Shown: positions 11,301 to 23,949 of the stretch, piece after piece
How the letters are laid out: every line of letters begins with the position of its first letter
Position numbering within the stretch: the first letter of the stretch is position 1
Source of the DNA: Eutreptiella sp. 'Long Island Sound 2002'
Lineage: Eukaryota > Protista > Euglenida
Length of the DNA: 64,000 nucleotides
Reading direction: 5' to 3'
Assembly (NCBI GenBank): GCA_964036045.1
Contig: OZ038378.1
Span: forward strand, 4,464,001 to 4,528,000
Made by a program: the position numbers and the translations under genes
The notes under the pieces: model-generated
Seen by the model: only the letters and a program-made list of their open reading frames with translations
Told to the model about the DNA's origin: nothing
Databases searched by the model: none

Positions 11301-12197
11301 CTCTCTGCCACAGATCAGCAGCAGATACAATGTGGATGGGATTCTACAGAATCTGGAAACCTTGGCAATGTGATATATGAACCACACCCCTCATACCGGC
11401 AACTCTAAGGTCCCCGTGAAGACAATGTCGATGAAGACAATGAAAGGGTCAGAGAAAAGTACAAAGAAATCAAATGCAAAGAAGGCAATGGTCAGACACT
11501 TGAACATTGGCAAGTAGCATCGTGCAGCAGAATCTAAGCGTCTGAACAGAAAATACATGGAGGAATCCAAGCAGTTCACCCCAGGCTCGACCGACGGCCA
11601 GCGTGATACGTGAGTAGACTGGTACCAATTGCATTTACTTGCCAGTATGCGCTTGGATAGAGATATCTAGTGGTGCTTGGGGGTGGATGAAGGCAACTAT
11701 ACATGTGTGTGGCGGGTGTCCAGCACCACCCAGGCCTGGCCACAGACCATCGCAGGCTACAGGATGTTGTGTTGCAGAACGGGAGGGGGACCAGCTCTTG
11801 TCGATGCAACCTGGTTAACAGAGGATCGTTCGTGTCAACCCATACGCATACATGCTCATGCAGGGGTGGTGAGCGTGCAATGGTAGGGCCGGGATAGGGA
11901 AGCGAGACGTTGTTGCAAGCGCTGTTTGGCTCTGGAGCAGGTTGGGAGTCTGCCGCAACCTGCAGATACCACATGTTCCTTTGTACCCCTACTTTCAGTT
12001 GGGCTCAGTGGACAGTATGTGGTTACACTTGGCACAAAATGAAGCGCATTGTTGAGAGACATTGAAATTTTGCGTGTGGTGAACTGAGCACATCGATTTT
12101 CAATGCTCTGAATAAAGTTCAGAACGCGTGTTTCACACGTTTGTGTTGGACCCGCACAAGGTGTGGATCAACACAACGCAACGAATGATGTGCAAAG

Positions 12198-12201
<4 letters not shown>

Positions 12202-12232
<31 letters not shown>
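12202..12232. repeat. (AT)n microsatellite
   Basis: About 15 perfect AT units. Confidence 0.95.
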
Positions 12233-12235
<3 letters not shown>

Positions 12236-12475
12236 TGCCGTTTGCACGTGCATGTTCTCTGCTGGACCTTCGCCCTTGCAGCCTTTTCCTGTTGCAGCTA
12301 CGGGGATTGTGACAACCATTGCCCGGGTCGCACTTTGCCTTCTTCTTGCTCTATCTCCTCCCACGTGCGCTTCTTGTCTTCTCCATAAATTCGCCCGCTG
12401 GGTCGTCTCCTGTTTTTCGATCCCGTTTGGGGACCTCTGAAGGCGGTTCGCCATCTCCTGTAATGGGTTTGCAGT

Positions 12476-13330
12476 TCACCCAGGCAACCGGGCATTTTTC
12501 TGGAGGGCGTGGTGCGTTCGTTGCATTCTCCTGCTGTCGCACTCTGCCTGTGAGGCCGACGACGACAAGCTCTTTGCAAACCAGTGATCCAAGTCCAAGA
12601 CATACATGAGAACAACCACTTGAAGGATCAGAGGAGTATGTGAGGGGTCGTTCACGGCAGTGTTCACAGACGCAAGGAAAACTGCACTGAGCACAAACAG
12701 GGCAAACAAAACAACGTGCATGACTACGGCCAGCACTAGAACCCCCGTGAGCAGCCGGACCTGGAGATGCCACCCGCCCGGCTCTGGCACTGCCTCATTG
12801 TGGGTCCAGCTGCCATAGATGGTGCGCAATCTGCGAAGACTGCGGACGTGGGTGCTATAGCGGAAGCAACGCCGGGACATCCTGAGGGCACTGACCAAAA
12901 CAAGGCCAAAGAGCACCGCAAGTACGTCACGGGGCATTCGCACCCACATGAGCGGCACGTCCCCGGCCGCATGGTGACGGCATACGTAGGCCAGGACACT
13001 GATCTGCACGGCCCAGCACGCCAGCAGAGCACCGTAAAACCCCACGCCCAAACAGGCTGAGGACAGTGCAACTGCTGAAGTCCCCTTGCAGCCCGCCGCA
13101 CCAATGTGCCGGGCCTTTGGACGTCTGCGGGCTTGGGGACGAGCTTCGAGGGGAGGGCGCTGATGCAGCGTGGCGGCGTTTACTGCAATTTCCACCGGAT
13201 TGGAGCCTGTGTCTGTGAGGGTGTCCTGCTGCGCCGGTGGCAAAGGGGTAATTGCTGTCTCAGCGGCACTGTTGATGGCAGTGCTCCAAGGCTCAGCCAC
13301 AACCGCTGTCATCCTCTGCAGGGGTGCCAT
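12476..13330 (-). CDS. Hypothetical multi-pass membrane protein (about 4 hydrophobic segments); start probably ATG 13330
   Basis: The ORF is 318 aa from the track start. It has hydrophobic stretches LGVGFYGALLACWAVQISVLAYV, VLAVLFGLVLVSAL, LLTGVLVLAVVMHVVLFALFVLSAVFLA and LILQVVVLMYVLDLDHW. No family was recognised. Confidence 0.5.
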   Translation of the reverse strand: MAPLQRMTAVVAEPWSTAINSAAETAITPLPPAQQDTLTDTGSNPVEIAVNAATLHQRPPLEARPQARRRPKARHIGAAGCKGTSAVALSSACLGVGFYGALLACWAVQISVLAYVCRHHAAGDVPLMWVRMPRDVLAVLFGLVLVSALRMSRRCFRYSTHVRSLRRLRTIYGSWTHNEAVPEPGGWHLQVRLLTGVLVLAVVMHVVLFALFVLSAVFLASVNTAVNDPSHTPLILQVVVLMYVLDLDHWFAKSLSSSASQAECDSRRMQRTHHALQKNARLPG

Positions 13331-14139
13331 GACAAGTGCACAAGTACACAGGCACCGAAATGTAAAAGAGGGAAACCTATAAAGTGGTGAAAGATGGACA
13401 ATGATTGGCAGACAATTATTTGGCAGGTGCACCCATGAATCTCAACTGTGAGCAGTGGGGTAACATTCCACTATCCCCCCGCAAAATGCCTCGGCTCAGA
13501 AAACCCAGGGTGATGAATTGCTTTGGTTGCTGTGGTGATTTGTACGTGCCAAGGATGGACATAAGAGGGGGAGGGGGTGGGCATCCCCCCCCCCCGCGAT
13601 CGTCAATTCTGCCCCCTCCAGAGCCCCCCCCTCCCCCCGACACACACCCCAATGAATACCCGTTTGTTTTCACAAAATTCAAAGTGCAAAACGGCATGTC
13701 CCATGGTCACTTTCTCAGGTACGCCCTTTTCAGTCTGCAGACTGCGGCAAATGTGTGCAAAAGAACCTGCCTAAGTCTCATCTGCTCCTCTCATACCCAT
13801 TCTCAGTGCTAGCACCCGCCCCAACAGGCACTATTTTTCAAGTGCCTGACTTGTCACGTCTCTATATTGCGGCATGACCCCCTTGAATCATCCTGCAACA
13901 GCATGCTACGCCATCCTTGTGGCAGTGCTGCACCTGTCCAGTTGCAAACACACATACTAGCAGGGTACTAAACCCCCCCCAAAATGTATACCCCCCCCAA
14001 TATTTATACCCCCCCAATATTTATACCCCCCTAGGCTTATTGGGCGTTTTGCCAAAATCTGTACCCCCTTCAGCCCTGCACAAAGAAACACAACACAAAC
14101 AAATCCAGGGTACAATCTCAACACTATTGCAATGGTCAC

Positions 14140-15495
14140 TCACTTGAAGAAGGCGGTGATTGTGGTTTGCTTCTTGACATTTGAAACACTGCTGGAGGCG
14201 TGGGCCACAGCAGCAGAAGGTGCTGCCCCAGCTCCATCAGCACCAGTTACACACACATCAATGACATGCTCATCAGGATCAAACTTGTACTCTGGTAGAG
14301 AGCGCAGGCTAACAACCTCACCGTGACCCCACGTATATCCTAGCTTGCCAAAAACCTCTACACACTTGGCATCAGTTTTTTGTAGTGTGGCCTCCCAAGC
14401 ATCAGCCACTGCTTTGGTGACAAGCACACGTTTTTCTGAAGCAGAAACACGTTTGGTACCAGCCTCCTCCAGAATTTCAGCAACATCATCCAGAATATTA
14501 TGCAAACAATCTTTCTAGACAGCAAAGAAATAGACATCCAGATACTGTAAAAAAGAGGTGGTTCCTTCCAGTATGCGACACACCCAAGTGTTGGCGGCAT
14601 GGAACATACATAAAACCTGTTTCTTAAAGTGTGCACCCAAGGCATCTGCCAAGAGTACCTTCTTGTGGGGTTGTTGTTTTACAGCACGTTGCCACAGTGG
14701 CACGTACACGGTCTCCATACCTTTGACATCCATCCAGGCCTCTTCCTGAAAATGAACAACAACCCTGCTGTCCCTCCTTAAGGATTCGGTGCCAAGGCGT
14801 TTGCCTTGTCCACGAAATATAATCAATGGCTTCACAAGTTGTGCTTTTCTAAAAACCGGAAGGACAACAGTAGCAAAACGCTTCAGTGAAACAGTTCCAA
14901 AGGGACCATCAAGGGTTATGCTTTCAGTTCCTTTGGAAACAAGCACCTTACGGTCGGCGGTTATGGATATTCCTGTCTCATCCATGTTTGCGATCAGGTC
15001 TGGATCAAACTGTCCCATACCTAGTCCAATGTCAACACCAAAAGTTGCTGCCTGTCGCATGGAGTGGTGAAATTTCTGGGCAGCCTTCATCAGGGTGTCA
15101 TCTGCATGCTTGACTCGGCGTTCCGTCCGAACAAACGATTTATTGTTCCTTTTTTTCCAACTCAGTAGCAGCTTGTTGGACAGCTCGGTTTTGTTGGTCA
15201 GTGCCTTCAGTCGCCGGGTCGCATGTTTCACAAGGCGTCGTCGTGTAACCTTCCTTTTTTGTGCCTGCATGTCTTTCACCCAGTCCAGTACCTTCTTCTC
15301 CCACACCGGGTGCTTTGGTTTGCTGCCCACACGACTCACACGCCGTGCTTTCCTTTTGCCTGCCACCACTTGTGCCTTCAAGTCGTTCTCTTGTGCCAAG
15401 TAGACACGTACTTGTTTCGGCTGAATTTGGAACTTGCGAGTAGTTTGCCAGGTTTGGCAGCGAGCAGCAACCAGCAACCAGCAAGCAAGCAGCAA
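14140..15495 (-). pseudogene. pogo/Tigger-family transposase (CENP-B-type HTH + DDE_1, DD35D), one in-frame stop
   Basis: HTH region VWEKKVLDWV...LLSWKKRN. Catalytic motifs NMDETG, LLADALGAH and LQYLDV (35 aa between D2 and D3). TAG at 14515-17 separates the same-frame C-terminal ORF 14140-14505. Confidence 0.9.
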
Positions 15496-15651
15496 GCATG
15501 TGCGAAACGGGCAAAAATCAGAACTCCATCGTGGTGGTTCAGGTTTGGCCGAAATTTTGGCGGGTGAAACCTATGGTGTGTGAAGGACAATCACACAAAA
15601 ATCAAGCAAGAAACTCAACCGTGGCGGCTGGGAACAGGTGTTGCTGCGGTG

Positions 15652-16848
15652 TCAATCCCAAAATTGCCGATTTCAAGGCCCTTTGGGAACTTGCATGTGC
15701 TAACATGGGTCAAAGATGGCTTAAAATGGCCTTAAACCACTTGTTTGAGCACCGGAAGTGGTCTACAAGCAATTTTGGAAAAAATCATTTTTGACCGCTT
15801 TTGGACCCATAGGTGACCCGACCCTGTAACCCTACCCTAGCACGTGTGCCGTGTACGCTCCACCACTCAACAATGCCAAAAAGAGGCATTGAAGGGTGCT
15901 GACGGCAAGAAAATGGCTTGCAAGTGATCCCCTTCATGAGTATTTATTACCACAAGGGTGCCCATTCGATTGCAGTCAAACACAACATGTGAAGGTGGAA
16001 GTTGAAACAATATGCAAGAAGGGTGCTTTTCAAGGCTGGTTTTGTGGTAAGTGGCGGACCAAGGTTTGAAAATCTGTCAAAAATGGCCAATAAATGCCAT
16101 TTTTTGTCCAGTTTGGATGCCTGGGATATCTGTGGAGGGGGGTCATTTGCATTGGAACCATCCTAGATGATGAACAAACGATAACCATGTGATGTGTTTT
16201 GCACTTGAAGAGTGGGCTCAACAGACTCTTTTTGCAACCAAAGTAAGGGGATTCAGGGTGATAGGGGAGGAATGCGGGAGGAATGCAGGCATACTCCTCC
16301 CCCCCTCCTTGGGGTTCCATATTCTCTTCCCCATTTTACGTCGGCAAGTGGCTTTCCCCTCACCGCGATCCCATCGATGTTTGCCGCATGGTTTCCACGG
16401 ATAGTGTTTTTTCCCCTGTGTTGGGATAAAAGAGGTCAATTGGGGGTTGTATGATTGCGGCCGTGTGTTTTGCATGGCACAATGGTTCGGATTGGTCTGG
16501 GGGGAGTGTGTTGTGTTTGAATTTCACACGTTGCGTTGGGCACCCTTGTGTTGATAAGTAATGATGAAGGGGATCACTTGCAAGCTATTTCCGCTTAGTC
16601 AACACCCTTCAATGCCCCGTTGGAGTAGTGAAGCGCACAAAATGCACGTGCCAGGGTAGTGTTACAGGGTCACCTAGTCACTTGTGGGCCCAAAGGTGGT
16701 CAAAAATGATTTTTTCCCAAAGTGGTTCCTAGACCACCTGGGGAGCTCAAACAAGTGGTTTAAGGCTATCTTTAGCCATCTTGGACCCACATGAGCCCAT
16801 GCAAGCTCAAAAAAAAACCTTGAAATGGTCAATTTTGGGATGGACAAT
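15652..16848. repeat. Long imperfect inverted repeat (~340-bp arms 15652-15989 and 16508-16848, ~520-bp spacer)
   Basis: The arms share blocks such as CCTTAAACCACTTGTTTGAGC, AAAAAATCATTTTTGACC and GCTTGCAAGTGATCCCCTTCAT in opposite orientation. Confidence 0.85.
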
Positions 16849-18161
16849 GCAACACAAGGGGGTCCACAAGAAATGCAGGTGGGGTGAATGGTGACGGGTG
16901 CGAGAGGTCTTCTGAGTGAGTAGTGCCATTTTGGACCCATATGAGCTCATACAAGCTCAAAAAACCCTTGAAATGGCCTGAAAATTGGGATGGACAGTGC
17001 AGCAAAGGGGGGGTCCAAGGGGAATGGCAGGGTAGGGGGGAGTTGTCGCATGGTGCGCGCACGGTTCAATTTTTTGGGTATATTCACCCAGCTTCTACCC
17101 TGTTGAACAGCCCCGACGAAACCACACCCAGAAACCACACCCAGGGTCCCAATTTTTGCACCCTGCAGCCCTTGCTGGCATACTAGGAATTTTTATTTTT
17201 TGTTCTGATGCTTCTCACAGGACCTAGGGTCCTAATTTCTGCACCTTGGAGCTCTCGCTAGTATATCAGAAACTTCTAATTTTTGGCCCGATGCAGTTGA
17301 AAAAAGACCTTTAAGTGTGCGTCATCTTTTTGCAGCCTCCTAGCCTCCTGGTCCTTCTTGTGCTCTTTGTTGAAGCACAAACACTCAATCTCCGGAGCTG
17401 TAGTGCACAGTATTTAACCCCCCCCCGCTCTTTTTCCTGGATCCTTGGGTTTGTGGTGACCCCAGTTGCAGCACAGAATCTTTTGAATGACACCACGAAC
17501 CTCACGAAGATCAGGATATACTGGCATTGCTTCCAAAAATTGAGCTGTGCTGTTCTGAAATTCTCCATGAAGACCTGGTGTTCCAAAGGTCGGGTTGCAA
17601 GCATTTTAAGTTTATTTGGTTGTACAGAAACAGGGAAATATGCCCTGGCCTGGTGCATAAAAGCCTTCTCCCGCACACTGAAGAGTTGTGCCCAAGCGGG
17701 ACGCACAGAGAGGGGTGTATTTTCAGTGCAGTCTCCACCGCGCTCTCTTAGACCCTGTGAGTGCCACGGCATCGTCTCGCGGCCCCCCTTCTGGGCGAAG
17801 AACCCCTGCCCTCTTCCCGCAGCACCCAGCCAACAGAATGCACCATTTAATGAAAAGAAAGGAAAATTCAGAAAAGGAAATTCCATTGCCTTCGGCAGTG
17901 CACCTCGAACAGAGGCTGACAGGCTGACAGTCAGCCAATCAGCCAGCTAGCCACGCCAGTAGCTAGCCACGCTAGTAGTCGGTCAGACAGAAACACACAG
18001 TTTGGGTTTTTTGTCAGTGGCGGACTCCGTTCCAAGCATTGGAGAGGAAAGCTGTCCTTAGGGCAAGCAATGGCCGAATGGTAATGCAGCCCTCCTCAGA
18101 CTTTTTGGTCGGCGGTTCGGGCCCCTGTCGGGCGAACATGGCGGCGGTGCCGCCGACGACA

Positions 18162-18232
18162 GTCGTCTGAATAGGATTCGAACCGCCGCCTTCAAATTCA
18201 GCAGTCGGCTGCGTTACCATTTGACCGGGGTT
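18162..18232 (-). other. Degenerate tRNA-like sequence (possible SINE head)
   Basis: A-box-like GGTCAAATGG and B-box GGTTCGAATCC at tRNA spacing. The stems do not pair fully. Confidence 0.3.
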
Positions 18233-18749
18233 TGCTGTGACAACAATGTACCTGCCCACTGCTCGAAGCCTTCTGAACACAAACTTTTGACCCCCCCCCA
18301 TCCCCCCACCCCTCAAAAAAGTGATATCCAATTTTAGGGGATAGAGACCTCAGAATCAAAAAATCCACTAGGGGATTGTCTTATTGGGCAAAGTAATGAT
18401 TTTACAAGGGGTTGGACATCAAATATCATGCCTTGGGGTATGCTACGCGAATGACCCCCAAAAAGGGGGGCGCCTACGCTTGATCTAACAACCTCTCTTC
18501 GAGGCTCAAAAAGGGGGGGCAACCAATGGTCAACCAACAGCTGAATAGCCGTCCTGCATCCACACCAACCATGAAGAACCCAATTTTGTCGAGAAAAGTT
18601 AGGCGTTCTGGATCTGGGTAATAAACAATACCCAAAAGTATGCACGGTGCGTGCACAGATCAAGCAACACCCCCTAGGGGTGACAAAGGAGGGGTGCGGG
18701 GGGACCGGGGAGGCATGTCTCTCGAGCGAGCGAAGCGTGCGAGGAAGTG

Positions 18750-19185
18750 TTTTGCAGGCGGTATGGGGGAATGTTTGCCCAGCGCGCCAGCGGAGACCGC
18801 CGTCTGTACCTTCGTGGCCAACAACCTGCACAAAGGAGGCAACCGGGGAAGCTGGAAGCCCCTTCAGCACGGTTGGAAGAAGAGGGAAAAGAAGGAGCCC
18901 CGTCGAGTTGGCGATCCGCCACTGTCCTTTGGGGAGTTCATCCGAGCTCACCCTCAGGGCTGCTTCGTCTGCTATGGACGGAACTCCCCCTTCCAACACG
19001 ACCACGGGACGTGCCCTACCCACAAGGCCGACACGGAAGCGTACAAGAAGGCACACGGGTCGAAGAAGCGTGCGCCAACCCACGTCCGGGAAGCCAAGGT
19101 GGAAGTGTCCAAGGATGAGCTCTCCAAACTGATGATGATTGGCAACGAGCTCGCGAAGGAGATTCAGGAAATCAAGAGAGCCTGG
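18750..19185 (+). mobile_element. gag-like retroelement fragment with a Zn-knuckle-like motif
   Basis: ORF 18640-19320 contains GCFVCYGRNSPFQHDHGTC in a basic context. The ORF runs into an unrelated Harbinger copy at 19189. Confidence 0.45.
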
Positions 19186-19188
19186 GCT

Positions 19189-21530
19189 CGCTACTTTTCT
19201 GTTAACTATCCCGACTTCAGCCCCAGATTTACCCTCTCATGGAGAAGCCCCCCAAGTAGACCACATTGCACTGCACACCTTCCCTACAAAGCACGTTGCA
19301 TAATAAAGCAATATCTGTGAATTCAACAACTCCAAATGTCATTTGTATTGTACTTAACAAACAACATTGGTCCCACAGGTGTGGGTGTCAATACATTCAG
19401 TACAATAGTGCTCTTCACACTCATCACAAACTGCAACGGTGGAGCGCTTCTAGCAACACAACACACACACTTCTGCCTCATCCTCTGCCTCATCTTGCGT
19501 GGTGGCCGAGTTGCTTTGGTCAGTCCAAACATGACGCGGGACATGCTCCCATGGTCCGTAGGGGGGGTGACCACGGGGGCCGCCGCCAGCCAATGTGTGA
19601 CCCCGAGGGGCGTGCAACTGTTTTGGGGGCTGTAAGGGGGGGGGGGGGGGCTCTTCGTTGACCCAAACCCAGCACCTTTTCCGTCAGGCACCTCCAAGCA
19701 CGCAAGCAAACAAAGCTAACAAGACACACTCCAACTGGTCATAGCTCGTGATTGTTTTGCTGCACTGCAGCACTTCCAAAGCAGGACTAAATGTTGCCTT
19801 GAGTTCGCCCAAAGGCTATCAAATGTCTCTTAGGCTGCCTTGGGTCAACTCTCTCTCCCCCCTGTGGAACCCGGTTACCGACCCCTTTGCACACACCCTA
19901 TGGAGCACCAAAGCGTGGTAATCCTTAACTGCGACACAACGTAGCCATTTTTAGAGATGGAGAACCGCCCCAGTTGCAACTTACCCATTTGCGCACACCC
20001 TATGGAGCACCGAAGCATGGTAATCCTTAACCACGACACAACATAGCCATTTTTAGAGATGGGGAACCGCCCCAGCTGCAATTTAGCCATCTCGCGGATC
20101 CCCCCAAAAAATCAGAAGTGGCTGCCTCACCCCTGCCTTCTACTGGGCCTAAAAGGGGGCGGAAATGCTATGTCACCCCTACATTCTTGTGGACTGCGAG
20201 TCCCTAACCCCAACTCGAGGGGCCACGCAACAAAGCGTGGATTGAGAGTCCCTAACCCCAACTCAAGGGGCCACGCAACAAAGCGTGGATTGTGAGTCCC
20301 TAACCCCAACTCGAGGGGCCACACAACAAAGCGTGGGAAAGAGAAACAAGAAAGAAAGAAAGAAAGAAAGAACGCAGTGCGTTCACTCCAGAAAGAATTT
20401 GGCTCTGCACTCAGGCCGGGGTTTTGCTCCGAATGCAAGATCTTCATTGCGCAACAAACGACATTTGTATAGTGGCCCGTCTTGCGATATCTGGCGCTCA
20501 AAAGCTATGATCAAAATTGGCTACCTCAACATCAAAATTGGCAACCTCACCCCTGCCTTCTTGGGGGCCCGCAAGTGGGCGGAAATGCTACCTTACCCTT
20601 GCATTCTCGGGGGTCCCCAGCAAAGGGGACAAAATTTTCGGGCGCCCAAAAGAGGGCAAATTGCTACGTAACCCTTGCTTACTTGGGGATCTCCAAAAAG
20701 GGGGGATAGACACGGCCACGTTGGGCCAGCGCAAAAAGGCCTCTAGGGGCGGTCCTTAACAAAAAAACTCTTGTCCCTTAAGGACCCCCCTTTTCTCGGG
20801 GGTCCCGAACAAAGAGGGCAAAATCAGAAGTCAAAACCAACGCTAGGGGTCACAATGATGCGCCTAGTATCTCAAAGTATGGATCTCTAGTACAGCCACA
20901 CGCTCAAATAGGTGCACCCACTAAAAAGCCACCGGTGGGGCACCGGTCAAAAAAGATGCCCGGCGCGCTAACGCTCCCCCTAAAACAAAATCTCCGGTGC
21001 CTTTGGCGCCGACAAAGCACATTGTTCCGTGTAACAATTTTGGGGTCCGTAGAGCCCCCCCCCGCCCCCCCCCTTTGGGGTCGGGTCCCGACCAGGATCG
21101 GCCCCCGTGGGGGTGACGCACCTACCTGCGAATGCAAAATTGTAAAATGTAACAAAATACGGACTGACGGGTGCAACTCATTGGGGCCGCCACACCATAT
21201 GTTCCTAACCGAACCCCAATGCCACAACCAAGCAAACAGCTGCTCAATGCTTGCCCTATACCACCCATGCACGTCATTGTAACATTGTTGGCGGGCTGTC
21301 AAAGTGCTAGTCTTTCTTCCAATGAATGGCACAATGACATGAATCTGACCTTTTATATGGACCATCATGGCCCCCAACTTCGAAATCAAAGAAATCACCT
21401 TGGGTACGAGAATGTCCATACCCATCCCAAATCAAAACATCTGCTGTCCCGGGTGCCAAGGGGCAAATCCATATAATGTTGCCCAACATATCAACGGCAA
21501 AAGTCACCTTGTAAACATGCGACGCATACT
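19189..21530 (-). mobile_element. PIF/Harbinger transposase remnant, copy 1 (split by insertion 19572-21109; one frameshift ~21350)
   Basis: KYASHVYKVTFAVDMLGNIIWI..GTAD, GHDGPYK and YNDVHGWYRASIEQLFAWL match DDE_Tnp_4-type motifs. The C-terminal part continues at 19189-19571. Confidence 0.8.
19572..21109. mobile_element. Non-autonomous TIR element (1538 bp), 11-bp TIR CACGGGGGCCG, 8-bp TSD GGGGTGAC (hAT- or P-like)
   Basis: TSD at 19564-19571 and 21110-21117. The empty site is present in the Harbinger copy near 26470. Internal ~100-bp x2 and 48-bp x3 tandem repeats. Confidence 0.9.
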
Positions 21531-21639
21531 TACCCTCCCCCCCCCTTGTCGTTCCCCACCCCAGGGAAGACGGTCCCCCACCACCCCCTGGGGGATGGTC
21601 ACCAAGTAACGGTCCCCCACCCCCCCCTGGGGGACCACA

Positions 21640-22190
21640 CCCCCACCGTACACGCACATTTGCAGGCACAAAAATTGCAGCATAAAACGAAAGAATTCAG
21701 CATAGGATGCGTTCAAAGGGCTGCCAATGTACGGAGACCTACTCCTTGACCGGCTCGGTGTAAAATTTCTTGGTCCTGCTCCACTTCACCTTGAACTCTT
21801 GCAGATGCTCACCACTTTCCACTGGAATGCTTGGGGCAGCACTCTGGGATGGTGGTTTTGCCTTCTTGGTAGGAGGCTTGGCAGGCGCAAGCAGATTTTT
21901 GGGAACCCATTTCCCTTCGGGAATGTCCCTTGTAAAATACAACCCGTGCTTTGAATGTCCAACGACCTGCGCCAAAACAGGTTCCCCCGTGGAGCGGATG
22001 AACATCACACTTGTCCCAGGGGGAAATATGGTTGTGCTATCAAGTTCCATTTCACCGAAAGTGAGCAAAATGTCCTGCCATGAGTGCAAGGGATGCAAGT
22101 GGTAGTGCCCCACAACACAGTCATGCACAGAACAACACAATGAGCCGCAACGAAAAATTTTGGGTTGACCAAGTGACGCCCCCCCCCCCC
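21640..22190. repeat. Longer copy of the repeat family at 7905-8320; carries ORF 21739-22272 (-) of unknown function
   Basis: Direct sequence similarity to 7905-8320. It truncates the Harbinger copy at ~21530. Confidence 0.8.
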
Positions 22191-23949
22191 CCCGGGAACG
22201 ACAAGGGGTGGGGAACGACAGAGGGGGGGGGGAGGGTAGGATTCCACAGGTGGGCACTCCATATCCCACCAACGGAACTGATGGGCTGAACTAATGAATC
22301 TGTGAAATGTGTCACAAAGAATGGAAAATGGGGACAAATGGCTGAAAGGATTCAACCCGTCGGCCTGGTTTCCTCAATAGCACCGGAAGGTTGGGGCCCA
22401 AAAAAGGGCGGAAATGCTATGTCACCCCTGCATTCTCGGGGGTCCCCAACAAAGGGGACCAAATCAGAAATCAAAACCTACGCTAGGGGTCACCATGATG
22501 CTGCTAGTATCTCAAAGTATGGGTCTCTAGTATAGCCAAACCCCCAAATAGCTGCACTGCGCCAAGTGCGCCCCCTTAGTGCATCCCCTACAAGGCCACC
22601 GGCGGGGCACGGGTCAAAAAAGATGCCCGGCGCGCACCCGGCGCGCTAACGTTTCCCCATAAGCGGGGAAGTGGCGGGAATCGTTCTTGGTGTCCCTCAA
22701 CATGCATCCTTATTCAGTCCCTAGTTGATATCCCCCAACCCCCACCGCACCGGCTCGGTCCCAATATTCAGTCTTCCTTAGGGGTTGGGTTAGGGTCACC
22801 GAGATGGTGCTCACCATCTAGGTGTTATGACCCTGTTTAGGGTCAAGGGTGGAGCTACCCCTTTTAGCAAGCAACAAGCAAGCATCAAGCAAGCATGCAC
22901 AAAATGGGCCCATCACCATCATCCAAATCCCACCTACGAAAGACAAGAAGGGGTGAAGGTGGGCACAAATGGGGTGAAAAGGGGTTAAAAAGAGTTAAAA
23001 ATGTGCATAGCCGTGCGCTCCTAAAGTTGCTGTATAATTACTGTGTGTCCACTGTGTTGGCAGAAACCCTCCACAGCCACCAGACACCCTTTTCACCCTT
23101 TCGACAGCCCTCTCCCACACAGATTCTTATCACATGGATGCCATCAATAGAAATACAGGTGGCTTGCCACCCGATGAACCCCACAAACTGTGGAAAAAAC
23201 CGCAAACTGGGGTTCGGGTGGTCATCGGCAAAAAAACTATGAATTGCGTGCCTTGTGTGCGCAATGCGTGAACAACATTCTCTCTATATTAGTGTGAATC
23301 CGGTCAACACCAGATGAATCGAAAAAAAAATTCGGGGTACACACTGGATACACCAAAAAAAGTCTGGGATACACACCCAGTGCACAACACACTCAGGGTT
23401 GCCGCGGAACCAAGGTTAATGAGGTTTGCTTCATGAGTGCTTTCTGTAGTGCAGAGCACAGGCAAATGATGTAAACACTAAGCAAACCAAAACCCTTGGA
23501 TACATGGTGGATACACAAAAGATTTTATGGGACACAGTCCAGGTACACAAATTCTTCTTTGGGATGCAGGATGCACAAGAAAATGATATTGGATACCCAC
23601 AAGCGTAACGACCCGGTCCAGGCAAATATTTGGGCAACAATTCAAGTCGAGCGTTTCACAAACTGTGCGATTCGCCTGCAGCGCCACATACACGCACATC
23701 ATATAGCTCTGCTGGTGAGCATTCCTTATCCTTGTACAACCTGGTCTGTGTGATCTTGGCCACAGCAAGCGAGATGTCCACTTCCTGCCTCTTCTCCCCA
23801 CCAATGTAAAGCGTTAGGCATGGCCATATACTTTTATGCGGGTGCCGCATGTTGCGGCTGTAGCAAGTGAAGAACGTCCAAACACTCTGGAGCCCCTCAA
23901 CACTTGCCTGAAGCAAGGCCTTCGAAAATCAAATAGGACGCCCTTATGT

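Noticed and set aside
11180-11380. Tc1-like VWGAMG motif
   Set aside because: No downstream DDE motifs could be recognised.
17311-17950. Overlapping ~200-aa ORFs on both strands
   Set aside because: No motifs, and no way to choose a coding strand.
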